NCBI GenBank assembly: GCA_963693055.1 | Contig: OY843751.1 | Span: forward strand, 3,392,001 to 3,456,000 | Reading direction: 5' to 3' | Length of the DNA stretch: 64,000 nucleotides | Origin: a bacterium | Lineage (GTDB): Bacteria > Zhuqueibacterota > Zhuqueibacteria > Residuimicrobiales > Krinioviventaceae | In this document: positions 38,730 to 49,235 of the stretch, piece after piece | Position numbering within the stretch: the stretch's first letter is position 1 | How the letters are laid out: each line of letters opens with the position of its first letter | Made by a program: the position numbers and the translations under genes | The notes under the pieces: model-generated | Seen by the model: only the letters and a program-made list of their open reading frames with translations | Database searches by the model: none | What the model was told of the DNA's origin: nothing

Positions 38730-40118
38730 TTATTCTATCAAACCTTGTACAAATATTTTTCCGGGATTACAGAGTTTGGAAGGATCAAAAACCTGTTTTA
38801 CCTGCTTCATAGCATTCAAGTCCTGATCATTAAACAAATATTGCATTGCTTTACGTTTTTCCATTCCAACACCATGTTCACCGGTAATTGTTCCACCCAG
38901 ATCAACACACAACTGCATGATCTTTTCGCAGCCTTGTATTACTCTGTCGGTTTCTTTTAAATCGCGTTCATCATAAACAATAATAGGATGTATATTGCCA
39001 TCACCTGCATGTAACAATGTGCCGTATTGCAGATCATATTCTTTACAAATCTTGTCAATTTCAATCAAAGCAGTAGGAAGCTGATTACGGGGAACGGTTC
39101 CATCAAACACTACCAGAGATGGATTTAAACGCGTCATAGCACCCAAAGCTCCGCGTCTTCCGGCCCACAAAGCATCACGCTCTTCATCGTTACCTGCTAA
39201 TCGGATTTCTCCCGCATTATTATCCCTGCATATTTGTGTTATTACATCTACCTGTTTTGCCAGATTTTGGACAAAACCATCTACTTCTATAATTAAAATG
39301 GCAGCAGCATCAACCGGATAGTCTACATTCAAAGATTTTACTACAGTTCTGATACACAAATTGTCCATATATTCAAGAGTTGCCGGTATAATTCCACGTG
39401 CAATAATATCTGACACTGCCTGTGCTGCATGCTCAATATCATTAAATGAAACCAGCAGCGTTTCAAGACTTTCTGGTTTGGGTTGAATATGCAAAAACAA
39501 TTTGGTAACAATACCCAGGGTTCCTTCAGAACCATTCATAACACCAACAAAATCATAACCCGATGATTGAAATGTTTTACCACCAAACTGTACGGTTTCA
39601 CCATTGGGCATCACTATTTCTAATCCCAGAACATGGTTAACAGTAACACCATATTTTAAGCAATGAGGTCCACCGGCGTTCATAGCAACGTTACCGGCAA
39701 GTGTAGAAACTTTTTGACTGGCAGGATCAGGAGCAAAGAAAAACCCGTATTTACTCAAAGCATTTTGCAATTCAAGATTAAAAACACCCGGTTCTACAAC
39801 CGCTACCCTGTTTTCAATATCTATCTCGAGTATATTGTTCAACTTTGAGCATTCAATTACAATACCCCCCATTTCTGCAATAGATCCTCCACACAAGTTT
39901 GTGGCAGATCCTCTTGCAATGTAAGGAATTTTCTCAGAAACTGCGAGCTGTACAATTTGCTTAATATGCTCTGTTTCCAAAGGAAAAACAACAACATCCG
40001 GTTTGCCCAGTTCTATACTTGCGTCAAATCCATAAAGAAACAGGTCCAGATCTTTACATAAAACATTTTCCTTGCCGCAAATTGATATTAATCTTTTTAA
40101 GACAGACTTTTCCAGCAT
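38730..40118 (-). CDS. glcD: Glycolate/D-lactate oxidase FAD subunit
   Basis: PDPASQ, NAGGPHCLKYG, GSEGTLG, HAGDGNIHP, GEHGVG, NPGKIF. Confidence 0.85.
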   Translation of the reverse strand: MLEKSVLKRLISICGKENVLCKDLDLFLYGFDASIELGKPDVVVFPLETEHIKQIVQLAVSEKIPYIARGSATNLCGGSIAEMGGIVIECSKLNNILEIDIENRVAVVEPGVFNLELQNALSKYGFFFAPDPASQKVSTLAGNVAMNAGGPHCLKYGVTVNHVLGLEIVMPNGETVQFGGKTFQSSGYDFVGVMNGSEGTLGIVTKLFLHIQPKPESLETLLVSFNDIEHAAQAVSDIIARGIIPATLEYMDNLCIRTVVKSLNVDYPVDAAAILIIEVDGFVQNLAKQVDVITQICRDNNAGEIRLAGNDEERDALWAGRRGALGAMTRLNPSLVVFDGTVPRNQLPTALIEIDKICKEYDLQYGTLLHAGDGNIHPIIVYDERDLKETDRVIQGCEKIMQLCVDLGGTITGEHGVGMEKRKAMQYLFNDQDLNAMKQVKQVFDPSKLCNPGKIFVQGLIE

Positions 40119-40181
40119 TACTTTCTTTCTATTATAATTGACTTGTAAATATAACAAGCATGTGACAGGAAAACAAGCGCT

Positions 40182-40898
40182 TTATAATTTACCAAATAGA
40201 CTCTGGAATTTTAACTTCCAGACCATCCAAATGGCTTCGCGAAGTATTTTTTTAGACATTTTGGAAATACCGGCACGACGATCAAGGAAAATGATAGGAA
40301 TTTCACCCAGTGTAAATCCTTTTTTCCATGCCTTGTAACTCATTTCAATCTGAAATGAATACCCATTAGATGTTACTTTATCGAGATCTAAAGATTCCAA
40401 TACTTTACGATTAAAACATTTAAATCCGCTTGTACAATCATGAAGAGGCAAACCGGTAATAATGCGGGTATATAAACTGGCACCCATACTTAATAAGAGC
40501 CGACTCAATGGCCAGTTAATTACATTAACACCATTCACATAACGTGACCCCATAACCAGATCATAATCTTTTGCAGCATTGATCAGGTTTGGCAATTCTT
40601 TGGGATCATGTGAAAAATCAGCATCCATTTCGATCATGTAATCATAATCACGTTCCAGAGCATATTTGAAGCCGGCAACGTATGCTGTACCTAATCCTTG
40701 TTTGCCTTCCCGGCTCATCAGGTGAATGCGGGAATCATTTTCAGATAAACGGGTAACCAAATCACCTGTACCATCGGGAGAATTGTCATCTACAATGAGG
40801 ATGTCAAGATTTTCAATATTTTGTTCAAATACGGCAGAGACCAGGTTTTCAATATTTTCCCGTTCATTATAGGTTGGAACAATAACCAATGTTTTCAA
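40182..40898 (-). CDS. Polyprenol-phosphate mannose synthase (GT2, Ppm1/DPM1-like)
   Basis: VPTYNE, VDDNSPDGT, GLGTAY, MDADFSH, GYSFQIE. Confidence 0.88.
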   Translation of the reverse strand: MKTLVIVPTYNERENIENLVSAVFEQNIENLDILIVDDNSPDGTGDLVTRLSENDSRIHLMSREGKQGLGTAYVAGFKYALERDYDYMIEMDADFSHDPKELPNLINAAKDYDLVMGSRYVNGVNVINWPLSRLLLSMGASLYTRIITGLPLHDCTSGFKCFNRKVLESLDLDKVTSNGYSFQIEMSYKAWKKGFTLGEIPIIFLDRRAGISKMSKKILREAIWMVWKLKFQSLFGKL

Positions 40899-40916
40899 AG
40901 GCTACTCCGCGATAAA

Positions 40917-41801
40917 TTAATATGCCATATATTTTTTCAGACCTGTAATTACATCACTGAATTTCATATTCAATTCCGATTCGGCACGTTTTACAATCAA
41001 ACCTGAATTCAAAGGCCTTGGGGCTGCCTGGCCCAATTCTGCAGTTGAAATTGATTGTATTAATGAAGCATCAAGTTTATATAATTCAGCAATTTTAAGT
41101 GCAAATCCGTATCGGTTCACAATTTCACTTCCGGCCGTATTCAATGTACCCGAATATCCGGTTTTTACAACATTCCAAACAGCCGTTGCCAGTTCTTCAG
41201 CAAGCGTTGTATTGCCATATTGATCATTTACTATTCTTACCGTATTGCCGACCTTGAGCTGTCCTACCAGCCAATCGACAAAATTGGGTCTGGTATTCAA
41301 TGTGCGGCCATATAAAACCATGGTTCGTAGAATTGCAAAATCGATGGTAGAGCCCAACAATTCATTTTCAGATGCCAGTTTGCTTCTTCCATAATACCCT
41401 AATGGATTGGGACGTGCATCTTCATCATAGGGTCCGTTTTTACCATCAAATATATAATCGGTCGATATGTGGACAAGTTTAGCTTTGAGCTTGCGTGAAC
41501 AATATACAAGATTACTAACAAGATCCACATTGATCTTCCAGCAAGTTTCTTTATCTGTTTCAGCAGCATCAACATTGGTAAATGCTGCAGCATTAACAAT
41601 CACATTCGGAGATAATTCTTTAATCAATCTCCAGGCAAGGTCTCTATCAGTCAAATTCTTTTGAATATATTGATGATCTTCAAGAGCTACTCCCTTTTCA
41701 TGGACATCTATACCGATTATATTAGAATTATCTGGCTGTGTAAACACTAAATTTTGTCCCAGCAGTCCATTACATCCAGCTATCAATATCTTTTTTTTCA
41801 T
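40917..41801 (-). CDS. rfbD: dTDP-4-dehydrorhamnose reductase family
   Basis: GCNGLLG, NAAAFTNVD, STDYIFDG, YGRSK, APRP. Confidence 0.82.
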   Translation of the reverse strand: MKKKILIAGCNGLLGQNLVFTQPDNSNIIGIDVHEKGVALEDHQYIQKNLTDRDLAWRLIKELSPNVIVNAAAFTNVDAAETDKETCWKINVDLVSNLVYCSRKLKAKLVHISTDYIFDGKNGPYDEDARPNPLGYYGRSKLASENELLGSTIDFAILRTMVLYGRTLNTRPNFVDWLVGQLKVGNTVRIVNDQYGNTTLAEELATAVWNVVKTGYSGTLNTAGSEIVNRYGFALKIAELYKLDASLIQSISTAELGQAAPRPLNSGLIVKRAESELNMKFSDVITGLKKYMAY

Positions 41802-41805
41802 AGAA

Positions 41806-42264
41806 TCAGATCTTGCAGCCTTTATCACGGAACTGTTTCAACTTTACTTTAATACTTTCATTGGTAAGAGAAAGCATTTGTGCTACATAGATAGCAGCAT
41901 TTGCCGCACCGGCTTTACCAATTGCCATAGTAGCTACCGGTACACCTTTGGGCATTTGCACAATAGCATAAAGAGCGTCAACACCATTCAATGCGGAACC
42001 TGCTAGAGGAACACCAATAACCGGAACAGTTGTCATGCTGGCAATTACACCCGGTAAATGAGCTGCCATACCGGCACCTGCAATAATAGCAGAAAAACCA
42101 CGTGCTTCGGCATTTTTTGCAAACTCGGCAGTTTGCTCAGGGGTGCGATGTGCAGATAAAGTAAAAACTTCGCTTTCTATCCCAAAATATTGTAAATATT
42201 CTTTTGCAAGGGCCATTACTTCAGCATCTGAAGTACTTCCCATAACGATTGCTGCTTTTGGCAT
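41806..42264 (-). CDS. purE: N5-CAIR mutase
   Basis: MGSTSD, SAHRTP, AGMAAHLPG, QMPKGVPVAT. Confidence 0.95.
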   Translation of the reverse strand: MPKAAIVMGSTSDAEVMALAKEYLQYFGIESEVFTLSAHRTPEQTAEFAKNAEARGFSAIIAGAGMAAHLPGVIASMTTVPVIGVPLAGSALNGVDALYAIVQMPKGVPVATMAIGKAGAANAAIYVAQMLSLTNESIKVKLKQFRDKGCKI

Positions 42265-42267
42265 TAT

Positions 42268-43326
42268 TTACTCCTGTTGCTTTTCAACTTGACCTTTAGT
42301 TCTAAATGTATGTGCAACGATGTCCAAGTGTCTTAAATAGGGCCATTTTCTTTCATCCGGAGCATAGACAGATCCATCAATTAAATATAAACGCTGATCG
42401 GATTCATTATAAAATCCATAACTCATGAAAGGACCACCGGCCACCAGTGAATCATTCTGCCAGATACCTTCCAGTTTAATGGCATAACGGTCCAGAAAAT
42501 TAACAACATCTTCTCTAACTTTGATATTATCATCTTCATATACTTCATCGCCGCTGTAATATTTTTTTGCCAATCTGGCTCGGGTTTCAAGCATCCATTC
42601 TTTACTCAATATAGAAGGATCTTCAACAGGTTCCCAGTAAACAAACAACTCACGCTGTGGACGCATTCTTCGTATCCAGACAAATCGATCTGAATCATTT
42701 TCCGTAGCAATAAACCATTCCAGGGGTACATCAACAGTCCAGCCATGGTTGTCCATAAGCTGTTTAACAAGTTCTTCCTGAGGTTCTCTAAAATACAACT
42801 GTTTTTTTACACGATAATTGGCATGTTCATCAAATGTATTAAAAATCAGATTATCATCATGTTTCAGGTTTTCAATCAGAGTAGCTTCATCTTTACCAAC
42901 AAGAATACCCAAAATTTGATCACGTGCCCAGGGTTCATCATATTGAAAGAAATATCTTTCATTGTCTTGAACCAGTTTGCGTGCTTCTGAATTTGGAGGC
43001 ATCATTTGGTCGAGCAAATTTTTGGTTTCCCCTTCCATATCCAGGGTACCGACAAACAATATCTGCGCGTAACGTTCCAAACGAGTAAATTCTTGAGGAG
43101 ATAACTGATTTAATGCAAAAATATATTCAGGTTGGGGTGTATAGCGTTCAGGAGAAAGCGCTTTCTTTACCTCGCCTTCAATATCTTGCCATAAAACTGA
43201 ATCAACTACAACGGCAATATTCCGGGTAGTCCCTCGGGACAAACTTTTCTGTTCACAGCCCGCAAAAACAATCAGGGTAAAGATAATCAGGGCTGCACCC
43301 AAATTTGTTAAATAATACTTTTTCAT
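42268..43326 (-). CDS. DUF4837-like lipoprotein
   Basis: Lipobox FAGC; PQPE, WARDQ, GIWQND...GGPF motifs. Confidence 0.7.
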   Translation of the reverse strand: MKKYYLTNLGAALIIFTLIVFAGCEQKSLSRGTTRNIAVVVDSVLWQDIEGEVKKALSPERYTPQPEYIFALNQLSPQEFTRLERYAQILFVGTLDMEGETKNLLDQMMPPNSEARKLVQDNERYFFQYDEPWARDQILGILVGKDEATLIENLKHDDNLIFNTFDEHANYRVKKQLYFREPQEELVKQLMDNHGWTVDVPLEWFIATENDSDRFVWIRRMRPQRELFVYWEPVEDPSILSKEWMLETRARLAKKYYSGDEVYEDDNIKVREDVVNFLDRYAIKLEGIWQNDSLVAGGPFMSYGFYNESDQRLYLIDGSVYAPDERKWPYLRHLDIVAHTFRTKGQVEKQQE

Positions 43327-43339
43327 AAGTAACCCCATT

Positions 43340-44326
43340 TCAATCAATTTCAGGTTTTTTATGTTCCTTACGAAATGCAAAAATAATCCCGCCCGGTATT
43401 GTTGCAATAATACCTACCAGGTAGGCAATAAATTCAAAGGCTACAACTCTGGCTGAAGCAATACCAACCTGGGCAAACAACGTTACACCACTTTGTTCCC
43501 TGACACCAATACCACCCAGAGAAATGGGTAAACTTGCAGCCATTGCCACAATTGGGATAAAAATAAAGAAATAATATCCATCAATATTGACACCCACCGA
43601 ACGAGCAGCAAAAAGGTGAGTAAGTATCCTCAAAGATTGAACACCTATAGCAATTACAAATATTTCAATCAGCATTATCTTGTTATGCCTGAATTCATTC
43701 AAAGCATAATACAATTCTTTGAGTTTACCGGTCAGAAATTTAGGCAGCACTAGCTCGAATAAAAAAGAAAATTTTCTGGCAACATCTTCACGAAATAACA
43801 AATACAATCCTAAAATCCAGACCACAAATACAACACCAATGGTCAACACAGTCAATTGCGATGACAACCGCTGTAACCAGATCAAAGTAACAATCATAGC
43901 CAGAGACGTCAGTGCAAAAAAGCCAACAAACCGATCAAAAAAAACGGTCGAGATTGCACTATTGGTATCTCCGGATAATTTATGTATATCATAGATCCTA
44001 AAAGCGTCACCACCAACATAACCGATTAAAAAATTATTAAAGAACAAACCAACATGATAATATTTAATCGCTTTCCACAGTGAAATGTTCACTTTTTTCG
44101 ATTTCAAAAGTAAAAACCATTGAAAAGCGCCCAAAATATTACTGGTCACAAAAGTTAATATACTTGTTATAATCCAAAATGGATTGGCCGTAGTGATGTG
44201 CATCATCAATTGATGCACACCAATACGCGCCATTAAAAATATTAAAAGAGCTACACTAATACAAACTTTGAGAACAGTAACTAAAACCTGACGAGTGCTC
44301 TGTTTCTTGCTTTGATCTGCTGCCAA
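43340..44326 (-). CDS. UPF0104 / lysylphosphatidylglycerol synthase TM (flippase-like) protein
   Basis: GLFFNNFL...GGDAFR, DRFVG, PISLGGIGVRE. Confidence 0.82.
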   Translation of the reverse strand: MAADQSKKQSTRQVLVTVLKVCISVALLIFLMARIGVHQLMMHITTANPFWIITSILTFVTSNILGAFQWFLLLKSKKVNISLWKAIKYYHVGLFFNNFLIGYVGGDAFRIYDIHKLSGDTNSAISTVFFDRFVGFFALTSLAMIVTLIWLQRLSSQLTVLTIGVVFVVWILGLYLLFREDVARKFSFLFELVLPKFLTGKLKELYYALNEFRHNKIMLIEIFVIAIGVQSLRILTHLFAARSVGVNIDGYYFFIFIPIVAMAASLPISLGGIGVREQSGVTLFAQVGIASARVVAFEFIAYLVGIIATIPGGIIFAFRKEHKKPEID

Positions 44327-44348
44327 CCGTTCATTCCTTCATAAAAGG

Positions 44349-47015
44349 TTAGTTTTGAACGGTCGCACTATCAGCACCTGCCGAACTTGCTTCATTCAAC
44401 AACTGTTTTTCTGATTCAAGTTTGCGTTTAGCTTCAGGATCATCAGGATGTTTCACAATCCAATCTTCCAGTAATTCAACCGCTTTGTCATGCATACCTT
44501 CACGACTGTATAGCTGGACCAAAGTACCTACAACATAGGTATTGTCTGGCTCATTTCTTAAAGCCCATTCCGCTTTTTCAACAAATTTATCAGTTTTACC
44601 TGCACGTTCATAGAGCAAGCCAATCTGAATGGGTAATCTTACATCTGGCGGCGGAATAACATCGTCAGGCATTACCGTATCCATTTTTTCCAATACGGTT
44701 AACAGATTTTCATAATCGCGATTGCTGTTATAATATGAAGCCAATTGCAGGAATGCTGCACGATAATTTTGCAGTAAACCTTTGGTATTATCGTTCAGAT
44801 AAACGTCAGGATCATTTAATCCACGGTATTGAAAAGTCTCCAGCATATTTTTATGCAGATTCCTGGCCATTACATCTTCATCCGGTTTTGGTGTTACCTC
44901 AAAACACATACCATCCATTCTCATATATCTATCGAGATTGATCTTGTTCTGATTGGAAACGGTAACCGCAAAATAGACCGGTTTTTGCCATTTGTTGGCA
45001 TATAAAATATTCAGGATCATAAAATCCTGTACACGGATTCCCTGGCCCATTATAGTGGGTTTTACAGTAAATGTAATTTCAGAAGGAATGCTGGTATCAT
45101 CAAATTGCTCCAATTCCTTTACTTCTTTGATATCACTCAGTAAATTCTGACGTTTTTGTTCAGGTACAGGAATAGAAATCGTGCGGTCAGCCCAGGGCAT
45201 TACCTGAAGCGCATCAATTTCCCTGTCTGATAATGTAATAGGTACTTTGGGATCTTCATATTTGAGCTGTTTAATATACCAGGGTGTATTTAGTAAACTT
45301 AGATTTACAACACGCACATCGGTACGGATACCATACACATATTGCAAGAACCACAGTGGAAACGTATCATTATCACCATTAGTAAACAGGATAGCATCTT
45401 TTTCACAGGTTTGTAATATATTATAAGAATAATCATAAGCCACATAATTACCGGTACGATCATGATCCTGGTAATTATTAGCCAGCAAATTGATAGGAGC
45501 AACCAACAACAATACAGCTGCTGTTGCTACCGACAATCCACGCCGCAATACCTGCTTGTCTTTGAAACTTTCCTGAATCATCTCAAGCAGGGCAGTAACG
45601 CCCATTCCTATCCATATCGCAAATATAAAGAACGACCCCACAAAGACATAGTCCCTTTCGCGTGGCTGGGGGTCCTCCTGATTCAAATAAATGACAATAG
45701 CAATACCCGTTAGAATAAAGAACGCAGTTAGAGACATGGCATGCCGCCAATGTCGATAAAAATGATGTATCATCCCCACAAGTCCAAGAAACAACGGCAG
45801 CCCCAATAATCCATTAAAGGATAGAGTTTCGACAATGTATCCATCAGATCCAATGGTGTTCCCCTTGCCAGCAAACTGCCAGAAAAAATAGCGTATGTAC
45901 ATTTTCTTTATTTGATAATTCCACATAAAATCCATTTGCTGTGACCAGTTAAAGGTCTTGTAGCTTTGACGAGGATATTGTTGTTCAAATTGCCATTCTT
46001 GTGGAATTCCGGGGAACCTGCGTGGAAACGTGCTCCAGGTTCCATATTGTTCACGATTCAGATAACTAACCATTTGCTTTGTGGTTTCCGGATCATTTTC
46101 ATCAATTTTGGGATCAAGTCCGGACCGAATATAAATCATAGAATAGGTTGAATATCCCATAATCACTAGTACAGCGGACATGAGTGCAAGACTGGCAATT
46201 TTCATTTTATTTTTAACTACATAAAAGACTGCGGCAAACAAAATCAAAATCAGCGCTAAAACGGCCCAAAGTGAAAACGCACCCGCTAAACGAGGAATGT
46301 ACTGTACAACACCGGGATATATGGCAGCAAAGATACCAACGGTTATGAGGCCAAATATTGCAAAGTTGGTAAAGGTAATTTTTTCATTTCGGCGTTCCAG
46401 GTAGCGAAAATAAACAATCATAAAGACAGCGGGTAATGCTAGAATCATTAACAAATGCACACCAATTGCAAGACCTACCGTATAAGCGATGAACAAAATA
46501 TAACGCTCAGCACCGGGTTCATCAGATTTTTCAAGCCATACCATAATCAACCACAGAATGATTGAAGTAAAAAACATACTGATAGCGTAAACTTCGGCTT
46601 CTACTGCATTGAACCAGAATGTATCAGTAAATGCAAATGCCAGTGCACCAATCAGGCCGCTGGCTACCAGGGTAAAAATATCTTCACCACTCTTGGGTTC
46701 GCCACGCCATTGTTTTACCAGGCGTACAATGATCAAATAGGTAAGCATTACGGTTGCGGCAGATGTTAATGCAGAAATAAAATTAACCCGCAAACCTATA
46801 TCCGTAGCAAAGGGAATCATGCTGAAAATACGTCCCAACAACAGATAAAACGGCGCACCCGGGGGATGAGGAATACCTAAAATATAAGAACAGGTAATAA
46901 ATTCACCACAGTCCCATAGCGACACAGTTGGCGCAATGGTTCTGAGATAAATAATGATTGAAAACAAAAAAGAAACACCGGCGAACACCCGGTTAATCAA
47001 CTTAAAGTTCTTCAT
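44349..47015 (-). CDS. DUF2723 / TMEM260-like GT-C glycosyltransferase with C-terminal TPR-like helices
   Basis: TVSLWDCGEF, HPPGAP, WFNAVEAEVY, RERDY, FTNGDNDTFPLW; many TM segments. Confidence 0.85.
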   Translation of the reverse strand: MKNFKLINRVFAGVSFLFSIIIYLRTIAPTVSLWDCGEFITCSYILGIPHPPGAPFYLLLGRIFSMIPFATDIGLRVNFISALTSAATVMLTYLIIVRLVKQWRGEPKSGEDIFTLVASGLIGALAFAFTDTFWFNAVEAEVYAISMFFTSIILWLIMVWLEKSDEPGAERYILFIAYTVGLAIGVHLLMILALPAVFMIVYFRYLERRNEKITFTNFAIFGLITVGIFAAIYPGVVQYIPRLAGAFSLWAVLALILILFAAVFYVVKNKMKIASLALMSAVLVIMGYSTYSMIYIRSGLDPKIDENDPETTKQMVSYLNREQYGTWSTFPRRFPGIPQEWQFEQQYPRQSYKTFNWSQQMDFMWNYQIKKMYIRYFFWQFAGKGNTIGSDGYIVETLSFNGLLGLPLFLGLVGMIHHFYRHWRHAMSLTAFFILTGIAIVIYLNQEDPQPRERDYVFVGSFFIFAIWIGMGVTALLEMIQESFKDKQVLRRGLSVATAAVLLLVAPINLLANNYQDHDRTGNYVAYDYSYNILQTCEKDAILFTNGDNDTFPLWFLQYVYGIRTDVRVVNLSLLNTPWYIKQLKYEDPKVPITLSDREIDALQVMPWADRTISIPVPEQKRQNLLSDIKEVKELEQFDDTSIPSEITFTVKPTIMGQGIRVQDFMILNILYANKWQKPVYFAVTVSNQNKINLDRYMRMDGMCFEVTPKPDEDVMARNLHKNMLETFQYRGLNDPDVYLNDNTKGLLQNYRAAFLQLASYYNSNRDYENLLTVLEKMDTVMPDDVIPPPDVRLPIQIGLLYERAGKTDKFVEKAEWALRNEPDNTYVVGTLVQLYSREGMHDKAVELLEDWIVKHPDDPEAKRKLESEKQLLNEASSAGADSATVQN

Positions 47016-47030
47016 TATGGATCTCCGATA

Positions 47031-48149
47031 CTAATTAATTACATCCTCCATGATTCTCACAGCCGTCTCTGCGGACTGGTCCCAACTAAATTTTTGAACC
47101 CAATGTAAGGAATTTTTTGATAAATTTTGCCTTATTTTTTCATTTTTCAACAGAAAAATCATCTTTTCCTGCAATTTTTCAACATTTCCAAAAGGATACA
47201 GGTATCCGGTTTCGGTATCAACCACAGAATCCCGCAACCCGGGTGAATCTGCTGCAATAACCGGGGTACCACAGGCATTTGCCTCGATAACCGTCAATCC
47301 CCAACCTTCTTTGGGTGATGGATTAACAGCAAACCACATTTTATTCAACCACTCCACTTTTACCTCATGTGGAACAAAACCGGTAAAAGTAATCTTTTCT
47401 GCAACACCCAATTCATTTGCCAAGATCTCTAATTGAGGTTGATAGTCTCCTCCTCCCATTATAACAAAACGGGTTTCAGGAACCGCCTCAATTACCGCGG
47501 GCATTGCTTTTACAAAATGCTCAACCTGCTTGTACTTTTTCAAACGTCCCAGATAACCCACTAGAGGTGTCTGACTTTTTAATATCTCATCATATTTATA
47601 ATCATTCAATTCAACGGCATTATACAGTAGATCTATTTTGCTTTTCACACCGGAATTCAGCAACTCTTGCCGGGTACTTTCCGAAACCACGGCAAAAGGA
47701 GTGTTTCTATATACAAATGGTACAAGTTTCTCTGAATAATAAACATAACTCGCAGGGATAAAAAAAGTTTCCATAAAAATACTTTTGCCAAACAGGTGGT
47801 GCTCAATAGCAAGCAAAGGTTTCTTGACGTAATAGGGAGTATAAAATGGAATCTTGTTAATATCATCTATAACAATATCATAATCATGTTTTTTTAAAAG
47901 CTTTTTGTACATAAACGGTACATAAAAATTGAACAAATTTCGTGAACCCGCACGCACAATTCGGATTCCATCAAGTTCTTCATACTCGGCAGCACCAGGA
48001 TATTTACAACACAACAACGTTACCTTGTGCCCCAAAGCGGCAACACGCTTAAATATCTCATGAAAATGGACTTCTGCTCCCCCGCCAAAGGGATTGGTAA
48101 TATCCTGCCAGTTGATAACCAGTATGTTCAAAGGTTTACTTTTTGTCAA
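47031..48149 (-). CDS. Glycosyltransferase family 4
   Basis: GGAEV, GRLKKYK, EGWGLTVIEANACG. Confidence 0.9.
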   Translation of the reverse strand: MTKSKPLNILVINWQDITNPFGGGAEVHFHEIFKRVAALGHKVTLLCCKYPGAAEYEELDGIRIVRAGSRNLFNFYVPFMYKKLLKKHDYDIVIDDINKIPFYTPYYVKKPLLAIEHHLFGKSIFMETFFIPASYVYYSEKLVPFVYRNTPFAVVSESTRQELLNSGVKSKIDLLYNAVELNDYKYDEILKSQTPLVGYLGRLKKYKQVEHFVKAMPAVIEAVPETRFVIMGGGDYQPQLEILANELGVAEKITFTGFVPHEVKVEWLNKMWFAVNPSPKEGWGLTVIEANACGTPVIAADSPGLRDSVVDTETGYLYPFGNVEKLQEKMIFLLKNEKIRQNLSKNSLHWVQKFSWDQSAETAVRIMEDVIN

Positions 48150-48152
48150 AGA

Positions 48153-48932
48153 TCAAACCTTTTTCTTTTTACCAATGATACCAATGTCCATAAATGTATA
48201 CAAGGCAAAGCGGGTTTTGGCAAACGTCTTTTCGAAAGACTTGACAAGTGGAGATAATACCGGAACCGGTTTGGGATACAAAGGTAGCTGAATACCCACT
48301 TTTTTCATCACTTCACGCAATGAACGATAAAAAAAGCTGGGACGCATCCAGTCTCCATAGGATTTATGGATATCGAAACCCAATCCTTTGAACATTTTAC
48401 CGAGCTGTCCAATTGAAAATTCAGTTTCCCAACCGGCAAACCACTTGTTCATCAAGATGAGTATATGTTTAACAACTGTATATAAATGATATCGTTGTGG
48501 AACGTCTGCCAGTGTATAACCACCGGGTTTTATTACCCTGTGATTTTCTGCCAGAATATCCTGGGGATTGGTAAAATGCTCAAGTAATCCTTGATGATAT
48601 ACCAGATCCAAGGCATCGGTTTTAAACGGCAATTGAAAGGCATCGCCCTGCACCAGAATTACAGGTTTATTAAATTCCTGTGCCAGCTTTTTCAAAACAT
48701 CAAGCGAACTCTGCGCATAATCGAGCAATATGACTTTGGCACCCATATCCACAAGTTTAAATCCATCGCGACCTGAGCCAGCACCAATTTCCATTACCCA
48801 TTTATCTTGCATGGAACCCAATTCCCGAATCTGATTAATAATCCGGTCATTGTTAGAATATACATTATGTATATCTTTTTTATCTTCCCAAAAATCTTCC
48901 CAAACTTGTCTACTGTGTTTTCCCATTTCCAT
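48153..48932 (-). CDS. Class I SAM-dependent methyltransferase
   Basis: MEIGAGSG, GDAFQLPF, GLLEH, RVIKPGG. Confidence 0.88.
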   Translation of the reverse strand: MEMGKHSRQVWEDFWEDKKDIHNVYSNNDRIINQIRELGSMQDKWVMEIGAGSGRDGFKLVDMGAKVILLDYAQSSLDVLKKLAQEFNKPVILVQGDAFQLPFKTDALDLVYHQGLLEHFTNPQDILAENHRVIKPGGYTLADVPQRYHLYTVVKHILILMNKWFAGWETEFSIGQLGKMFKGLGFDIHKSYGDWMRPSFFYRSLREVMKKVGIQLPLYPKPVPVLSPLVKSFEKTFAKTRFALYTFMDIGIIGKKKKV

Positions 48933-48938
48933 CCAAAT

Positions 48939-49217
48939 CTATTTCTTGTTTTTTTCTGATACGTATATGGTTTGCAGTTCTGTTAACGCATTGGTCAGGA
49001 ACTGTTTCTCTTCTTTTTCCAGATTGTTTTCAGTTTTCATTTTCAGCATTTCAAGTAAATCGATATAGTTTTCAGCCTGCTCAAGGTCTACTGTCATTTC
49101 ATCAGTCATTGGGTTTTCCTGTTGACCCAGATTTTGCAATGCAGCAGTCTGCATGCTGTAAACCAAATTCAGAAACAACATTTTGTAAATCTCGCTTTTA
49201 TCCCGGTTTTTTGACAT
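48939..49217 (-). CDS. DUF1844 family protein
   Basis: ALQNLG...DLEQAENYIDLLEMLKMKTENNL...L. Confidence 0.78.
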   Translation of the reverse strand: MSKNRDKSEIYKMLFLNLVYSMQTAALQNLGQQENPMTDEMTVDLEQAENYIDLLEMLKMKTENNLEKEEKQFLTNALTELQTIYVSEKNKK

Positions 49218-49235
49218 TTTAAAACCTCCGTTTTA

